A stretch of 61,393 bases of DNA, counting the filler. It is 6 parts of 6 records of this genome, joined end to end, with 100 filler letters (N's around TTAATTAATTAA, not from the genome) between each part and the next. Parts side by side here need not be neighbours in the genome. Positions count along the whole stretch, not along the records: positions 18,077 to 35,179 come from SRR31156797_18918; 5 more parts are not named here. One strand, given 5' to 3'. Both the position numbers and the translations under genes were made by a program. This document shows positions 22,186 to 31,317 of this stretch, one piece after another. Every line of letters begins with the position of its first letter. Positions within the stretch are counted from its first letter, which is position 1. The notes beneath the pieces are model-generated. The model did not search any database. It saw only the letters and a program-made list of their open reading frames with translations, and had not been told where the DNA came from.

Positions 22186-22214
22186 AGGGATCGGCGAAGC
22201 GATCGCCGATCCCT
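22186..22214. terminator. 12-bp hairpin between convergent genes, probable bidirectional terminator
   Basis: AGGGATCGGCGA-AGCGA-TCGCCGATCCCT. Confidence 0.65.
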
Positions 22215-22222
22215 GAGATTTT

Positions 22223-22399
22223 TCAATCCCGTTTACCACTTAAGTCAGCGGGTTTCACGTTCGGGAATATTCGGCCGAATTTTAAGTCGGCAATTCGGCC
22301 TTGATTGATTCGGTAGTCTGAAGCGATTTCGTGGTACTTATCACCGCGAAGGATTCGTGCCTTGATTACCGCAATCTCGGCTAATGATAGATGCTTCAT
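22223..22399 (-). CDS. Small helix-turn-helix protein
   Basis: LSLAEIAVIKARILRGDKYHEIASDYRINQGRIADLKFG has an HTH pattern. GGAG lies 8 nt upstream of ATG 22399; alternative GTG start at 22408. Confidence 0.7.
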   Translation of the reverse strand: MKHLSLAEIAVIKARILRGDKYHEIASDYRINQGRIADLKFGRIFPNVKPADLSGKRD

Positions 22400-22525
22400 C
22401 TTGCTCACTCCGTTGAAGCTTAAACCAGAGTGAACGGCCGTTCTAAAACAATGTTATCCTGTCCTGCATTCACTCATTCAAGCGATGAAAATCTGGGAAG
22501 GGGTGTGATTATTATTTTAAATCAA

Positions 22526-23806
22526 TTAGTTAATATTGTTGGGCGGGACCATTTTGGACAATTTTGCCGCAATCTTTGCCAACTCGCGTCTTTGTTTTTG
22601 ATTGGGCCACAACCACATGCCATCGAAGAGAGTGATTTGAAGATAGTGCGATGCATAAAGTAAAATTGATGCGCGAGGCCAATCGATCTTTTGAAGAACT
22701 GATTGCCAAACGCGATCAGTATTCTCGATATGCTGGCTGGCAGAAATCCGGCTCGGGAACCAAAAGCGTGACCCTCCGAAATCCGCCATTCCGAGACGGT
22801 AAACGCGTTCAAGGATTTCACAGGTTCGAAGAGTGATTCGGTCCCACTTGATATCCCAAAACTTCCTTTCCCCCGGCGTGAACGGATACCATCGATTCTC
22901 AAATATCTGATACCATTGTGCGGCCATTAATCGGGAATGTGGCGCCCGCAATTGGAAACTCAAGCGTAGGCAATAAAGCTGCGGCCAGTTAGCGTCTTCC
23001 GTCTCAAGCAGTCGAAACAACGGTTCAAAGTCTTGGCGATCAAGACTCTCGATAAACTTATCTGCTTCAGAGGGAGCCCTGTCTAAAAGGTTCGGCGCGG
23101 AACGCGGAAGACGTCCGGCCACCGGCGGTCCACCCAGTTCATGAACACGCCAGAAAATTTGATGCAGTAAACTTCTCAGATCTCGCGCATTTGCCGGTTT
23201 TACGTCTTCTGAGGCAAGGGCGCCGCGTATATCTTTTTCGGTTACGTCACCCAACGGCGTACTTTGCAGTTCGTCCGATATGTTGCTGAAAAAAAGCCTG
23301 TTCATCTTGTCCATATAGGATTCTGACCATCCTCTATACGGACCAGATATGATAATAATTTCCGCCGCTCTACCAAGTGTCATTTTTTCTAAATATTTCC
23401 TGGCAGAACTCCTTTTTTTCTTTTCTTCTGCATCTATCTCCGCCTGCTCTTCAACTGTAGGGATGTGGCCTTTCGCTTGATCGATAACTTTTTTTGCCCA
23501 CGCACGAGCATCATGCAAAAAAAAGCGCAGTGGGATACCGTCAGACAAATCTACCTCATCTAAAGACTGCCGGAGTTCCCACCGCCACCAAAATGCATGG
23601 GGACTAAAAGGATCAAATGTTTTGCGTATCGATTTCCCATTCTTGTCGCTTGTCCGCACTGCGAAGGCAATACTACCACCACGCATATTTCCCCAAAGAC
23701 GTAGCCCAAATCCTCGCACCTCGGTGTCCGCGATCCAACGCTCCCCCTGTTCCGGGCTTTCCACCGTATCCAAAAATTCAGGAGTTAACCGCCGTCTTTC
23801 GACCAT
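22526..23806 (-). CDS. Integrase-like protein (Arm-DNA-bind_3/DUF4102 type) with a degenerate tyrosine-recombinase active site
   Basis: N-terminal LTPEFL...WIADTEVRGFGLRL, core-binding region PLGDVTEKDI, and catalytic-fold scaffold LRL...QW...FPS...W. Catalytic R, HxxR and LGH/Y are not visible. Confidence 0.7.
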   Translation of the reverse strand: MVERRRLTPEFLDTVESPEQGERWIADTEVRGFGLRLWGNMRGGSIAFAVRTSDKNGKSIRKTFDPFSPHAFWWRWELRQSLDEVDLSDGIPLRFFLHDARAWAKKVIDQAKGHIPTVEEQAEIDAEEKKKRSSARKYLEKMTLGRAAEIIIISGPYRGWSESYMDKMNRLFFSNISDELQSTPLGDVTEKDIRGALASEDVKPANARDLRSLLHQIFWRVHELGGPPVAGRLPRSAPNLLDRAPSEADKFIESLDRQDFEPLFRLLETEDANWPQLYCLRLSFQLRAPHSRLMAAQWYQIFENRWYPFTPGERKFWDIKWDRITLRTCEILERVYRLGMADFGGSRFWFPSRISASQHIENTDRVWQSVLQKIDWPRASILLYASHYLQITLFDGMWLWPNQKQRRELAKIAAKLSKMVPPNNIN

Positions 23807-23839
23807 ATCCTAAAAATATTACACTCTAAAATGAGCCAA

Positions 23840-25168
23840 TCAGCACTCCGTCGCCAGCTCCCGCAGCTTCTTCAGACAGGCGGTCCGGTCGGCGCTGAAC
23901 TCACCGTCGATCCACCAGCTTTCGACTTCGGCTAGCAGGTCCCCGACGCGCGGCCCTTCGGGAATTCCCATCGCCGTCACGTCGCTGCCGTTCAGGGGAA
24001 ATTCGGGCCGAACCCAGGATTCGATCGATTCCAGAAGGGCGATCCAGCTTTGTGAGCGCTGGCTTTTTCGATGCGCGCCAACAGCCATTTCCGACGCCCA
24101 AGCCAACAGCACCCAGTCGCGCGCCAATTCCGATCCCTCCCGGTAAAGAACAGCACCGAGAGCCTTGTTGCCGATACCGGGCGCCAGATCGGCGCGCGGC
24201 ATACACATGGCTTTGATGCGCTCGCTCTCGCGATTCGATAGTTTCAATTTGGCGGCCACCTTGGCGCCGCCGGCGGCGTCGGTCACCAACAGGGCCGCAA
24301 GCCGTCGCACCGGATCCGGTTCGATGCCTTCCATGCGAAGAGCCGTCGATTCAAGCCAGCACATCAATCGCAAACGTCCGATGTTTTCGGCATAAGGAAC
24401 GACGTGCTCGAGCACCCGCTCGCCCCGCATCAACATGATGGTATCGGCCGCATTCGGCGCCAGAAGAATGCGGAAAAGTTCGGACCGGACGCGCTCCGCC
24501 GACAAGCGCGACAATTCGGCGGCGAATTGCCGGCAGGCCGCCAGGGATTCGCCGTCCGCCGGCGGCTGTCCGAATTCGGCGTGAAACCGGAAAAAACGCA
24601 ACAGCCGAAGATAGTCCTCCTCGATCCGTTCCCGCGGAATACCGACAAAGCGCACCAAACCCTGGCCGAGATCGGCCATCCCGCCGAAGGGATCGTAAAT
24701 GTCGCCGTCCGGCGTACAGGAAAGGGCGTTGATGGTGAAATCGCGGCGGGCGGCATCGGCGATCCAACTGTCGGTATAGGCCACCTTGGCCCTGCGCCCG
24801 TCGGTCGCCAGGTCAAGCCGAAGGGTCGTTATCTCGAAATGCGCATCGTCAACGACGGCGGTAACCGTGCCATGGTCGATGCCGGTGGGAATGGCGCGAA
24901 TTCCCGATTTCTCCAACAACGCCGTCACTTTATCGGGTGAATCCGGCGTGCCGATATCGATGTCCTTGATCGGTCGTTTGAGGATGGCGTCACGAACGCA
25001 GCCGCCGACGAAACGAACATCGGCCCCACCTGCACTCAACGCGGCAACAACCGCCTGTGTAGCGGGCCCCGACATCCACGATTGCAGCGGCAGTTTGCCG
25101 GTCGGCGAGATTTCCGCCGTTCCCGCCTGCGACAAAAACATAGGAGCATTTCTTCGGCCCCGGGCCAT
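23840..25168 (-). CDS. cca: CCA tRNA nucleotidyltransferase (start may be downstream)
   Basis: FVGGCVRD, DIDI, HGTV, EITTLR, DAARRDFTINAL and EDYLRLLRFFRF. Confidence 0.93.
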   Translation of the reverse strand: MARGRRNAPMFLSQAGTAEISPTGKLPLQSWMSGPATQAVVAALSAGGADVRFVGGCVRDAILKRPIKDIDIGTPDSPDKVTALLEKSGIRAIPTGIDHGTVTAVVDDAHFEITTLRLDLATDGRRAKVAYTDSWIADAARRDFTINALSCTPDGDIYDPFGGMADLGQGLVRFVGIPRERIEEDYLRLLRFFRFHAEFGQPPADGESLAACRQFAAELSRLSAERVRSELFRILLAPNAADTIMLMRGERVLEHVVPYAENIGRLRLMCWLESTALRMEGIEPDPVRRLAALLVTDAAGGAKVAAKLKLSNRESERIKAMCMPRADLAPGIGNKALGAVLYREGSELARDWVLLAWASEMAVGAHRKSQRSQSWIALLESIESWVRPEFPLNGSDVTAMGIPEGPRVGDLLAEVESWWIDGEFSADRTACLKKLRELATEC

Positions 25169-25181
25169 CTCGCGCTTCCGC

Positions 25182-25451
25182 TTATTTCACTTGGCTAGGC
25201 AGGATCCTTCCGCCCTCGAACCGCGGCGGCACATAATCGCCCTCCGGCGAATCGCCGCTGAAATAGGCGGTCGACACCAGAACCGAAACCAGAATGACAA
25301 AACCGGCAACGATCAGCCAAAACCACGGCCCCTCGTACCAGAACGGCGGGTCGTCGGGCCCGCGTTTGCGGCCGCGCACGATCCACGCCCATACCAAGTA
25401 CACGGCAAACGGCAGAACCAGAGGAATGATATAGGTCAAAAAGATACGCAT
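25182..25451 (-). CDS. Small two-TM membrane protein (DUF6111-like)
   Basis: PLVLPFAVY...PWFWL...YVPPRFEGGRILP, in the usual position between the NUDIX gene and cca. Confidence 0.75.
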   Translation of the reverse strand: MRIFLTYIIPLVLPFAVYLVWAWIVRGRKRGPDDPPFWYEGPWFWLIVAGFVILVSVLVSTAYFSGDSPEGDYVPPRFEGGRILPSQVK

Positions 25452-25455
25452 GGAA

Positions 25456-26070
25456 TCAGGCGCCCATCAGACGTTGGTAAAGGTTCATCAGCATGCCAGC
25501 GGTCGCTCCCCAAATGAAATACTGTTTGTAGGTAACGGCATAAAAATGGCGATCACGGCCATCGATTACACGTTCGTAACGCCGATGATTTGCCGGATTA
25601 AGCAGAAAATCCAGTGGCACCTCGAAGGCTTCCGCGACCTCGCGCGAATCGAGTGACAAATCAAACGGCGAGGAAACCATCCCAACGTACGGAACCACGG
25701 AAAACCCGGTGCGGGTGACGTATTCGTCCAGCCTGCCTAGAATCGATACATGCCCCCGATCAAGGCCGATTTCTTCTTCGGTTTCGCGAAGTGCGGCATT
25801 TTGCGGGCCGCCGTCATCGGGCTCCACTCGCCCCCCGGGAAAGCTTATCTGCCCGGGATGATCGGGTAAATCTTCGGTCCGGCGGGTAAAGATGACCGAC
25901 AATTCACCGCCGCTTTCGACAACGGGAATGAGCACCGCGGCCGGAACCAGCGGCTCTACCGTCGCATAGCCCGGATTGAGATCGGAATCACCCCGTCGCC
26001 GCGGCATCCCGTCAGGCGCCGCGCGGGTTTCCGCCCGCCGGAACAGCTCGACAAACTGCTGGCGATTCAT
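25456..26070 (-). CDS. CoA pyrophosphatase (NUDIX, NudL-like)
   Basis: AAVLIP, HPGQISFPGG, ALRETEEEIG and IWGATAGML. Start reassigned to 26070. Confidence 0.92.
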   Translation of the reverse strand: MNRQQFVELFRRAETRAAPDGMPRRRGDSDLNPGYATVEPLVPAAVLIPVVESGGELSVIFTRRTEDLPDHPGQISFPGGRVEPDDGGPQNAALRETEEEIGLDRGHVSILGRLDEYVTRTGFSVVPYVGMVSSPFDLSLDSREVAEAFEVPLDFLLNPANHRRYERVIDGRDRHFYAVTYKQYFIWGATAGMLMNLYQRLMGA

Positions 26071-26633
26071 TCCAGGTCGTCCAGCCTTCCCATCACAAAG
26101 AAACTGCCGCAGCTCCAAATCCCGTAAAATGCTTCACCATCTATCTTTTCTTCAAGGCCCAGCGCCACCACTTCATAATACACGGATCGCAGGAGGCGAG
26201 CTTGCATTCCATCGCGAATATGGACATAGGGTCTGGGTTCACCGGTGTCGGGATCGGTTTCCACCTCAAGGGGGTGGTCGTTGTCGACCGTGACGATCTC
26301 GTCGACGTTGGTGCGGATGCTCAAGACCTGTTCCCTGCCCGCCCCGCTGGAGAAAAGCTCGACGGCGACGAAAGGAACATCCTCGACCTCGATCCGACCC
26401 TTCTCGGTCGGCGTTATCATCCAGTATTCACCCTCGGCGTTCCGGGTCAGGGTCGACGCGAAAAGGCAGATCATTTCCTTTCGCGCGATCGGCGATCCGC
26501 GGTAATGCCAAACGCCATTTCGGTCAATGCGAATATCAAGGTCGCCGCAGAAATCACGATCCGCAACCGGTTCCGGCAACTCCGGACCATTCGGCGCCAA
26601 CGCAATATCGATGATTTCTTTCTTGTCGGTCAT
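26067..26633 (-). CDS. DUF1285-family protein
   Basis: FCGDLDIRIDRNGVWHYRGSPI, TPTEK, VEDVPF and PYVHIR. Confidence 0.9.
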   Translation of the reverse strand: MTDKKEIIDIALAPNGPELPEPVADRDFCGDLDIRIDRNGVWHYRGSPIARKEMICLFASTLTRNAEGEYWMITPTEKGRIEVEDVPFVAVELFSSGAGREQVLSIRTNVDEIVTVDNDHPLEVETDPDTGEPRPYVHIRDGMQARLLRSVYYEVVALGLEEKIDGEAFYGIWSCGSFFVMGRLDDLE

Positions 26634-26668
26634 TCCGGGTTGGCGCGTTTTGCAATGGAGAGAGAAAC

Positions 26669-27685
26669 GTGACGGTTACAGATCAAGATAGCGTCGATTT
26701 GTCAGACTCCAAGGAACTTGTCGCCGAGGTCGATCGCCTGGGACAAAAATTCGCCGCCGCCAGCGAAGGCATCGGTCAGGTGATTTTCGGCCAACAGCAG
26801 GTGGTCGAAGAAACGCTGATCACGCTGTTGGCCGGCGGCCACTTGTTGTTGATCGGCGTTCCCGGCCTGGCGAAGACCCGCCTGGTCGAGACCCTCGGCA
26901 CGATATTCGGGCTCGAAGCCCGACGCGTCCAGTTCACGCCGGACCTGATGCCGGCGGATATCCTGGGCTCCGAGGTGCTGGAGGAAGCCGAAACCGGCCG
27001 CCGGTCCTTCCGCTTCATCCGCGGCCCCGTGTTCTGCCAATTGCTGATGGCCGACGAAGTCAACCGGGCCAGTCCGCGCACCCAGTCGGCACTGCTGCAG
27101 GCCATGCAGGAACATCGGGTTTCGGTGGCGGGGCATTACCACACCCTGCCGACGCCGTTCCATGTTTTGGCGACGCAAAACCCGTTGGAACAGGAAGGCA
27201 CCTATCCTCTTCCCGAGGCCCAATTAGACCGGTTTTTCATGCAGGTGGATGTCGACTATCCCGACCGTGAGGCCGAGCGGCAAATCCTGGTCGCAACAAC
27301 CGGGGCGATCGATACCCAAGCCAAACGCGTCATGGACGGGGCGGACCTGATTGCGGCGCAACGCATGATCCGGCACATACCGGTCGGCGAAAGCGTCGTC
27401 GAAGGGATACTGACCCTGGTCCGCGAAGGACGACCCGAAACCAGCAACATCCCGGAAGTGCAGCGTCACGTATCGTGGGGCCCGGGACCGCGGGCCAGCC
27501 AGGCCCTGATGCTGGCGGTTCGGGCGCGGGCCGCGATGGGCGGCAGGCTTGCGCCGTCGCTCGACGATGTTCTCGCCTTGGCCCACCCGGTCTTGCGCCA
27601 TCGCATGGCGCTGACCTTCGCGGCGCGGGCCGAAGGCGTTTCGCTGGGATCCATCATCGACAATCTTTGCGCATCGATCGCCTAA
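26669..27685 (+). CDS. MoxR-family AAA+ ATPase
   Basis: GVPGLAKT, QFTPDLMPADI, ADEVNRASPRTQSALL and TQNPLEQEGTYPLPEAQLDRF. Confidence 0.96.
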   Translation: MTVTDQDSVDLSDSKELVAEVDRLGQKFAAASEGIGQVIFGQQQVVEETLITLLAGGHLLLIGVPGLAKTRLVETLGTIFGLEARRVQFTPDLMPADILGSEVLEEAETGRRSFRFIRGPVFCQLLMADEVNRASPRTQSALLQAMQEHRVSVAGHYHTLPTPFHVLATQNPLEQEGTYPLPEAQLDRFFMQVDVDYPDREAERQILVATTGAIDTQAKRVMDGADLIAAQRMIRHIPVGESVVEGILTLVREGRPETSNIPEVQRHVSWGPGPRASQALMLAVRARAAMGGRLAPSLDDVLALAHPVLRHRMALTFAARAEGVSLGSIIDNLCASIA

Positions 27686-27700
27686 GGTCGAACACGGATT

Positions 27701-28585
27701 ATGGCCGAAACCCGAAACCCATTGCATTTCCGAGCCGAAGCGCTGGCCGCGACGTTACCGCCGCTGCTGGTCGCGGCCGAACGGGTGGCGGCGACGGTTT
27801 CGCAAGGTGTGCACGGGCGCCGACGGGTCGGTCAGGGCGAATCTTTCTGGCAATACCGACGTTACGAACCCGACGATCCGGCGAGCGCCATCGACTGGCG
27901 CCAATCGGCCAAGAACGAGCCTCTCTACGTCCGCGAAAACGAATGGGAAGCGGCGCAAACCGTCTGGCTGTGGCGGGATTGCTCGGCCTCGATGAACTAC
28001 CGGTCTTCCGAAGCGTTCCCGGAGAAAGGCGAACGGGCCGACCTTCTGACCCTGGCCCTGACGTCCTTACTTGTCCGAGGGGGCGAACATGTGGCGCTAC
28101 TGGGATCGGGTGTTCCGCCCGGGTCCGGCCGCGCCACTCTCAGCCGCCTTGCCGCGATTTTCGAGTCCGGAAAACTTGAAACATCAAGCATTCCCATCGC
28201 CGAACCCTTGCCAAGATACGCACGCGTCGTATTCATCAGCGATTTTCTGGTCCCGCTGGAAAAACTGCGCACCTCGATCGGCACCTTTGCCGCACGGGGA
28301 ATTCGCGGTCATCTGTTGCAGGTTCTGGATCCGGCGGAAGAAACGCTTCCTTTCGGCGGGCGGGTCGAATTTGAGGGCCCCGAAGCCGAAGGGCGGGTGC
28401 TGATCGGCCGTGTCGAATCGGTTCGAAGCGATTATCGCAGCGAGATTGCGGCCCATCGCCGAGGTGTCGAGGCGTTGGCCCGCCAAAGCGGGTGGACGTT
28501 GGCTACGCACCACACCGACAGACCGCCGCAGACGCCGCTTTTGTCATTGTTCCTCGCGCTGTCAGGAGCTGCATTCCGGCGATGA
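27701..28585 (+). CDS. DUF58-family (vWA-like) MoxR partner
   Basis: GVHGRRRVGQGESFWQYRRY, IDWRQSA, DCSASM and ISDFL. Confidence 0.93.
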   Translation: MAETRNPLHFRAEALAATLPPLLVAAERVAATVSQGVHGRRRVGQGESFWQYRRYEPDDPASAIDWRQSAKNEPLYVRENEWEAAQTVWLWRDCSASMNYRSSEAFPEKGERADLLTLALTSLLVRGGEHVALLGSGVPPGSGRATLSRLAAIFESGKLETSSIPIAEPLPRYARVVFISDFLVPLEKLRTSIGTFAARGIRGHLLQVLDPAEETLPFGGRVEFEGPEAEGRVLIGRVESVRSDYRSEIAAHRRGVEALARQSGWTLATHHTDRPPQTPLLSLFLALSGAAFRR

Positions 28586-31317
28586 TGACCCTTGGCCCCC
28601 TTTCCTTTGCCGCACCGTGGGCGCTGGCCGGACTGGCCGCATTGCCCGCCATTTGGTGGCTGCTGCGTCTGACGCCGCCGGCGCCGATTCGCATGATTTT
28701 TCCTCCGTTGGCCATTCTCGCCCATCTGGCCAAACAGGACGAAACCGCCGAAAAATCGCCTCCGTGGCTGATCGCCCTTCGGCTCGCCCTTGCCGCGGCT
28801 CTGATTTTCGCGCTGGCCGATCCGGTCATGAACCCGGCCCGATCGATCGGCGGCGACGGCCCCTTGCTTGTCGTCGTCGACGACGGTTGGGCTGCTGCTC
28901 GCAACTGGCCGGCCCGGCAAAAGGCGCTCGCCCGCGTCCTCGACCAGGCCGCACGCGAGAGACGCGCCGTCGCGCTCGTTCAGACGGCGCCGTCGGCACC
29001 CGGGCTTCAGGAAACCGAAATCGAATTGATACCGGCCGGCGATGCCGTTTCACGAGCCGAAGCCATACGGCCCAAACCCTGGGCCGTCGACCGCGTCGCC
29101 GCACTGGCGCGAATTCGGGCCTCCAATGCCCTGTCGAGCACCCCGTTGGCGGAAGCGATATGGCTGACCGACGGCCTTTCCATCGAAGGCGACGACGATT
29201 GGATCGACGGACTGAGGCGCCTGCCCCCCCTGCGCGTCATTCGGGATGCGCCGGGCACTTCACCGACGATACTGCTGCCCCCGGAAACGGACGGGGATTT
29301 AATGATCGCGCAAGCCCGAAGGGCGGCCGGAAAGCCGGCGCAAACGCTCTGGCTTCGGGCTTTCGATTCGGGCGGCGCCATATTGGCGCGAAAGGAACTT
29401 AAATTCGAAACGGCGGCGGAGACGGCGGAAACGACCGTCGATCTTCCGACCGAACTTCGCAACCGGCTGGTCCGGCTGGATATCGAAAATCAAGGTACGG
29501 CGGCGGCCACCGTTCTGTTGGACGAGCGCTGGCGGCGCCGTCCGGTTGGGCTCATTACCGGCGACAGCAGTTCCGGCGCGCAGCCCCTTCTCGGCGAATT
29601 CTATTACATCGAACGCGCGCTCTCGCCCTTCACCGACGTACGCCGTGGCACATTCGCCGATCTCCTGGAAAGGCGCCTGGCGGTTCTGGTCCTGGGCGAT
29701 TCAAGCCCCACTACGACAGCCGACGGCGAAACCCTGGCGCGATGGATCGAACGCGGCGGCGTGTTGATCAGGTTCGCCGGACCGCGCCTGGCCGATGCCT
29801 CGATCGATCCGCCCTTGGGCGACCTGCTGCCGGTGCCGCTTCGGCCCGGCGGAAGAACAATGGGCGGGGCTCTTTCCTGGGGCCGGCCGGCCGTATTGGC
29901 GCCGTTCGCGGAAAATTCACCGTTTGCCGGTTTGACGGTTCCCGACGATGTCGTCGTTTTCCAGCAAGTGCTGGCCCGGCCCGCCCTAGATCTTGCCGAA
30001 AACACATGGTCGGCCCTCGCCGACGGAACACCCCTGATCACCGCCGATCAAAGGGGGCGGGGCTGGACCGTTCTCATCCACACAAGTGCCAATACCAACT
30101 GGTCGAACCTGTCGCTGTCCGGTCTTTTCGTCAATATGCTGCGACGGATTGTTGCCGTCAGCCGGGGCGCCGTCGATGACGGGGCGGGCGCATCGACACT
30201 GCCGCCACTTGAAATCCTGGACGGGTTCGGCAATCTCGGCACGCCGCCGCCGGGTGCCATCGGCATCGAGACAGCGGATTTTGCCGATACCCGCGCCAGT
30301 CCCGCCCATCCTCCGGGTTTTTACGGCCATGCGGAATCCCGGCGGGCGCTGAACCTTTCCGCCGGCATGTCGGCACCGGAGCCACTCGGCGCGTTGCCGG
30401 AAGGTGTCGAAATCGAGCATTTCGGCAAGGCGCCTGAGATCCTGTTCGCGCCCTGGCTTCTCGGCTTGGCATTGGTGCTTTTCCTCGGCGACATGTTGGC
30501 CGCGTTGGTATTGCGCGGGCTCCTGCGGCCACGTGTTGTTGCCACCGCCGCCGTCATCCTGTTGGCGGTTCCGCTCCTGAACACGCAGGCGGATGCCCAA
30601 GCACCCGATGGCTCCGGCGGCGATCCCTTTGCGCGCGATGCCAGCCTGACAACCCGGCTCGCCTACGTCGAAACCGGGATCGGGTCGATCGACGACAACA
30701 GCCTGGCCGGCCTAAGAGGGCTGAGCGTTATCGTCAACCGTCGCACGGCGGCTGAATTGGGCAATCCCATCGGCGTCGATCTGGAAAGCGACAGTTTGAT
30801 CTTTTTTCCTTTCCTCTATTGGCCCGTCGCCGAGGGCGCCCTGCCGTCGGAAACCGCCGCGGCGCGCATAAGGGATTTTCTCACCGGCGGCGGCGTTATC
30901 CTGTTCGACACCCGCGATCCGGATGGTGCCGTCCCGATTGCGACCCTTCGATCCCTCGCCGAAAGACTTCGCATCCCGCCCCTGATTCCGGTGCAGTCGG
31001 ATCATGTTCTGACCCGCTCCTACTACCTGCTGCGAAGTTTTCCGGGCCGCTGGGCAGGCGGCAATCTGTGGGTCGAACGCGCCGGCGAACGCGTCAACGA
31101 CGGGGTATCGCCGGTCATCGTCGGCAGCAATGACTGGGCCGGCGCCTGGGCAATGGACGAAGCTCAGCGGCCGATCTATGCGGTTGTTCCCGGCGGCGAG
31201 CGCCAGCGTGAAATGGCCTACCGTTTCGGCATCAATCTGGTGATGTACACCCTGACCGGAAACTACAAGGCCGATCAGGTTCATCTTCCGGCAATTCTGG
31301 AAAGGCTGGGGCTGTGA
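28582..31317 (+). CDS. BatA N-terminal / DUF4159-domain membrane protein
   Basis: FAAPWALAGL...WWLLRLTPP at the N-terminus and GSNDWAGAWA...FGINLVMYTLTGNYKADQVH at the C-terminus. Start reassigned to 28582. Confidence 0.9.
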   Translation: MMTLGPLSFAAPWALAGLAALPAIWWLLRLTPPAPIRMIFPPLAILAHLAKQDETAEKSPPWLIALRLALAAALIFALADPVMNPARSIGGDGPLLVVVDDGWAAARNWPARQKALARVLDQAARERRAVALVQTAPSAPGLQETEIELIPAGDAVSRAEAIRPKPWAVDRVAALARIRASNALSSTPLAEAIWLTDGLSIEGDDDWIDGLRRLPPLRVIRDAPGTSPTILLPPETDGDLMIAQARRAAGKPAQTLWLRAFDSGGAILARKELKFETAAETAETTVDLPTELRNRLVRLDIENQGTAAATVLLDERWRRRPVGLITGDSSSGAQPLLGEFYYIERALSPFTDVRRGTFADLLERRLAVLVLGDSSPTTTADGETLARWIERGGVLIRFAGPRLADASIDPPLGDLLPVPLRPGGRTMGGALSWGRPAVLAPFAENSPFAGLTVPDDVVVFQQVLARPALDLAENTWSALADGTPLITADQRGRGWTVLIHTSANTNWSNLSLSGLFVNMLRRIVAVSRGAVDDGAGASTLPPLEILDGFGNLGTPPPGAIGIETADFADTRASPAHPPGFYGHAESRRALNLSAGMSAPEPLGALPEGVEIEHFGKAPEILFAPWLLGLALVLFLGDMLAALVLRGLLRPRVVATAAVILLAVPLLNTQADAQAPDGSGGDPFARDASLTTRLAYVETGIGSIDDNSLAGLRGLSVIVNRRTAAELGNPIGVDLESDSLIFFPFLYWPVAEGALPSETAAARIRDFLTGGGVILFDTRDPDGAVPIATLRSLAERLRIPPLIPVQSDHVLTRSYYLLRSFPGRWAGGNLWVERAGERVNDGVSPVIVGSNDWAGAWAMDEAQRPIYAVVPGGERQREMAYRFGINLVMYTLTGNYKADQVHLPAILERLGL

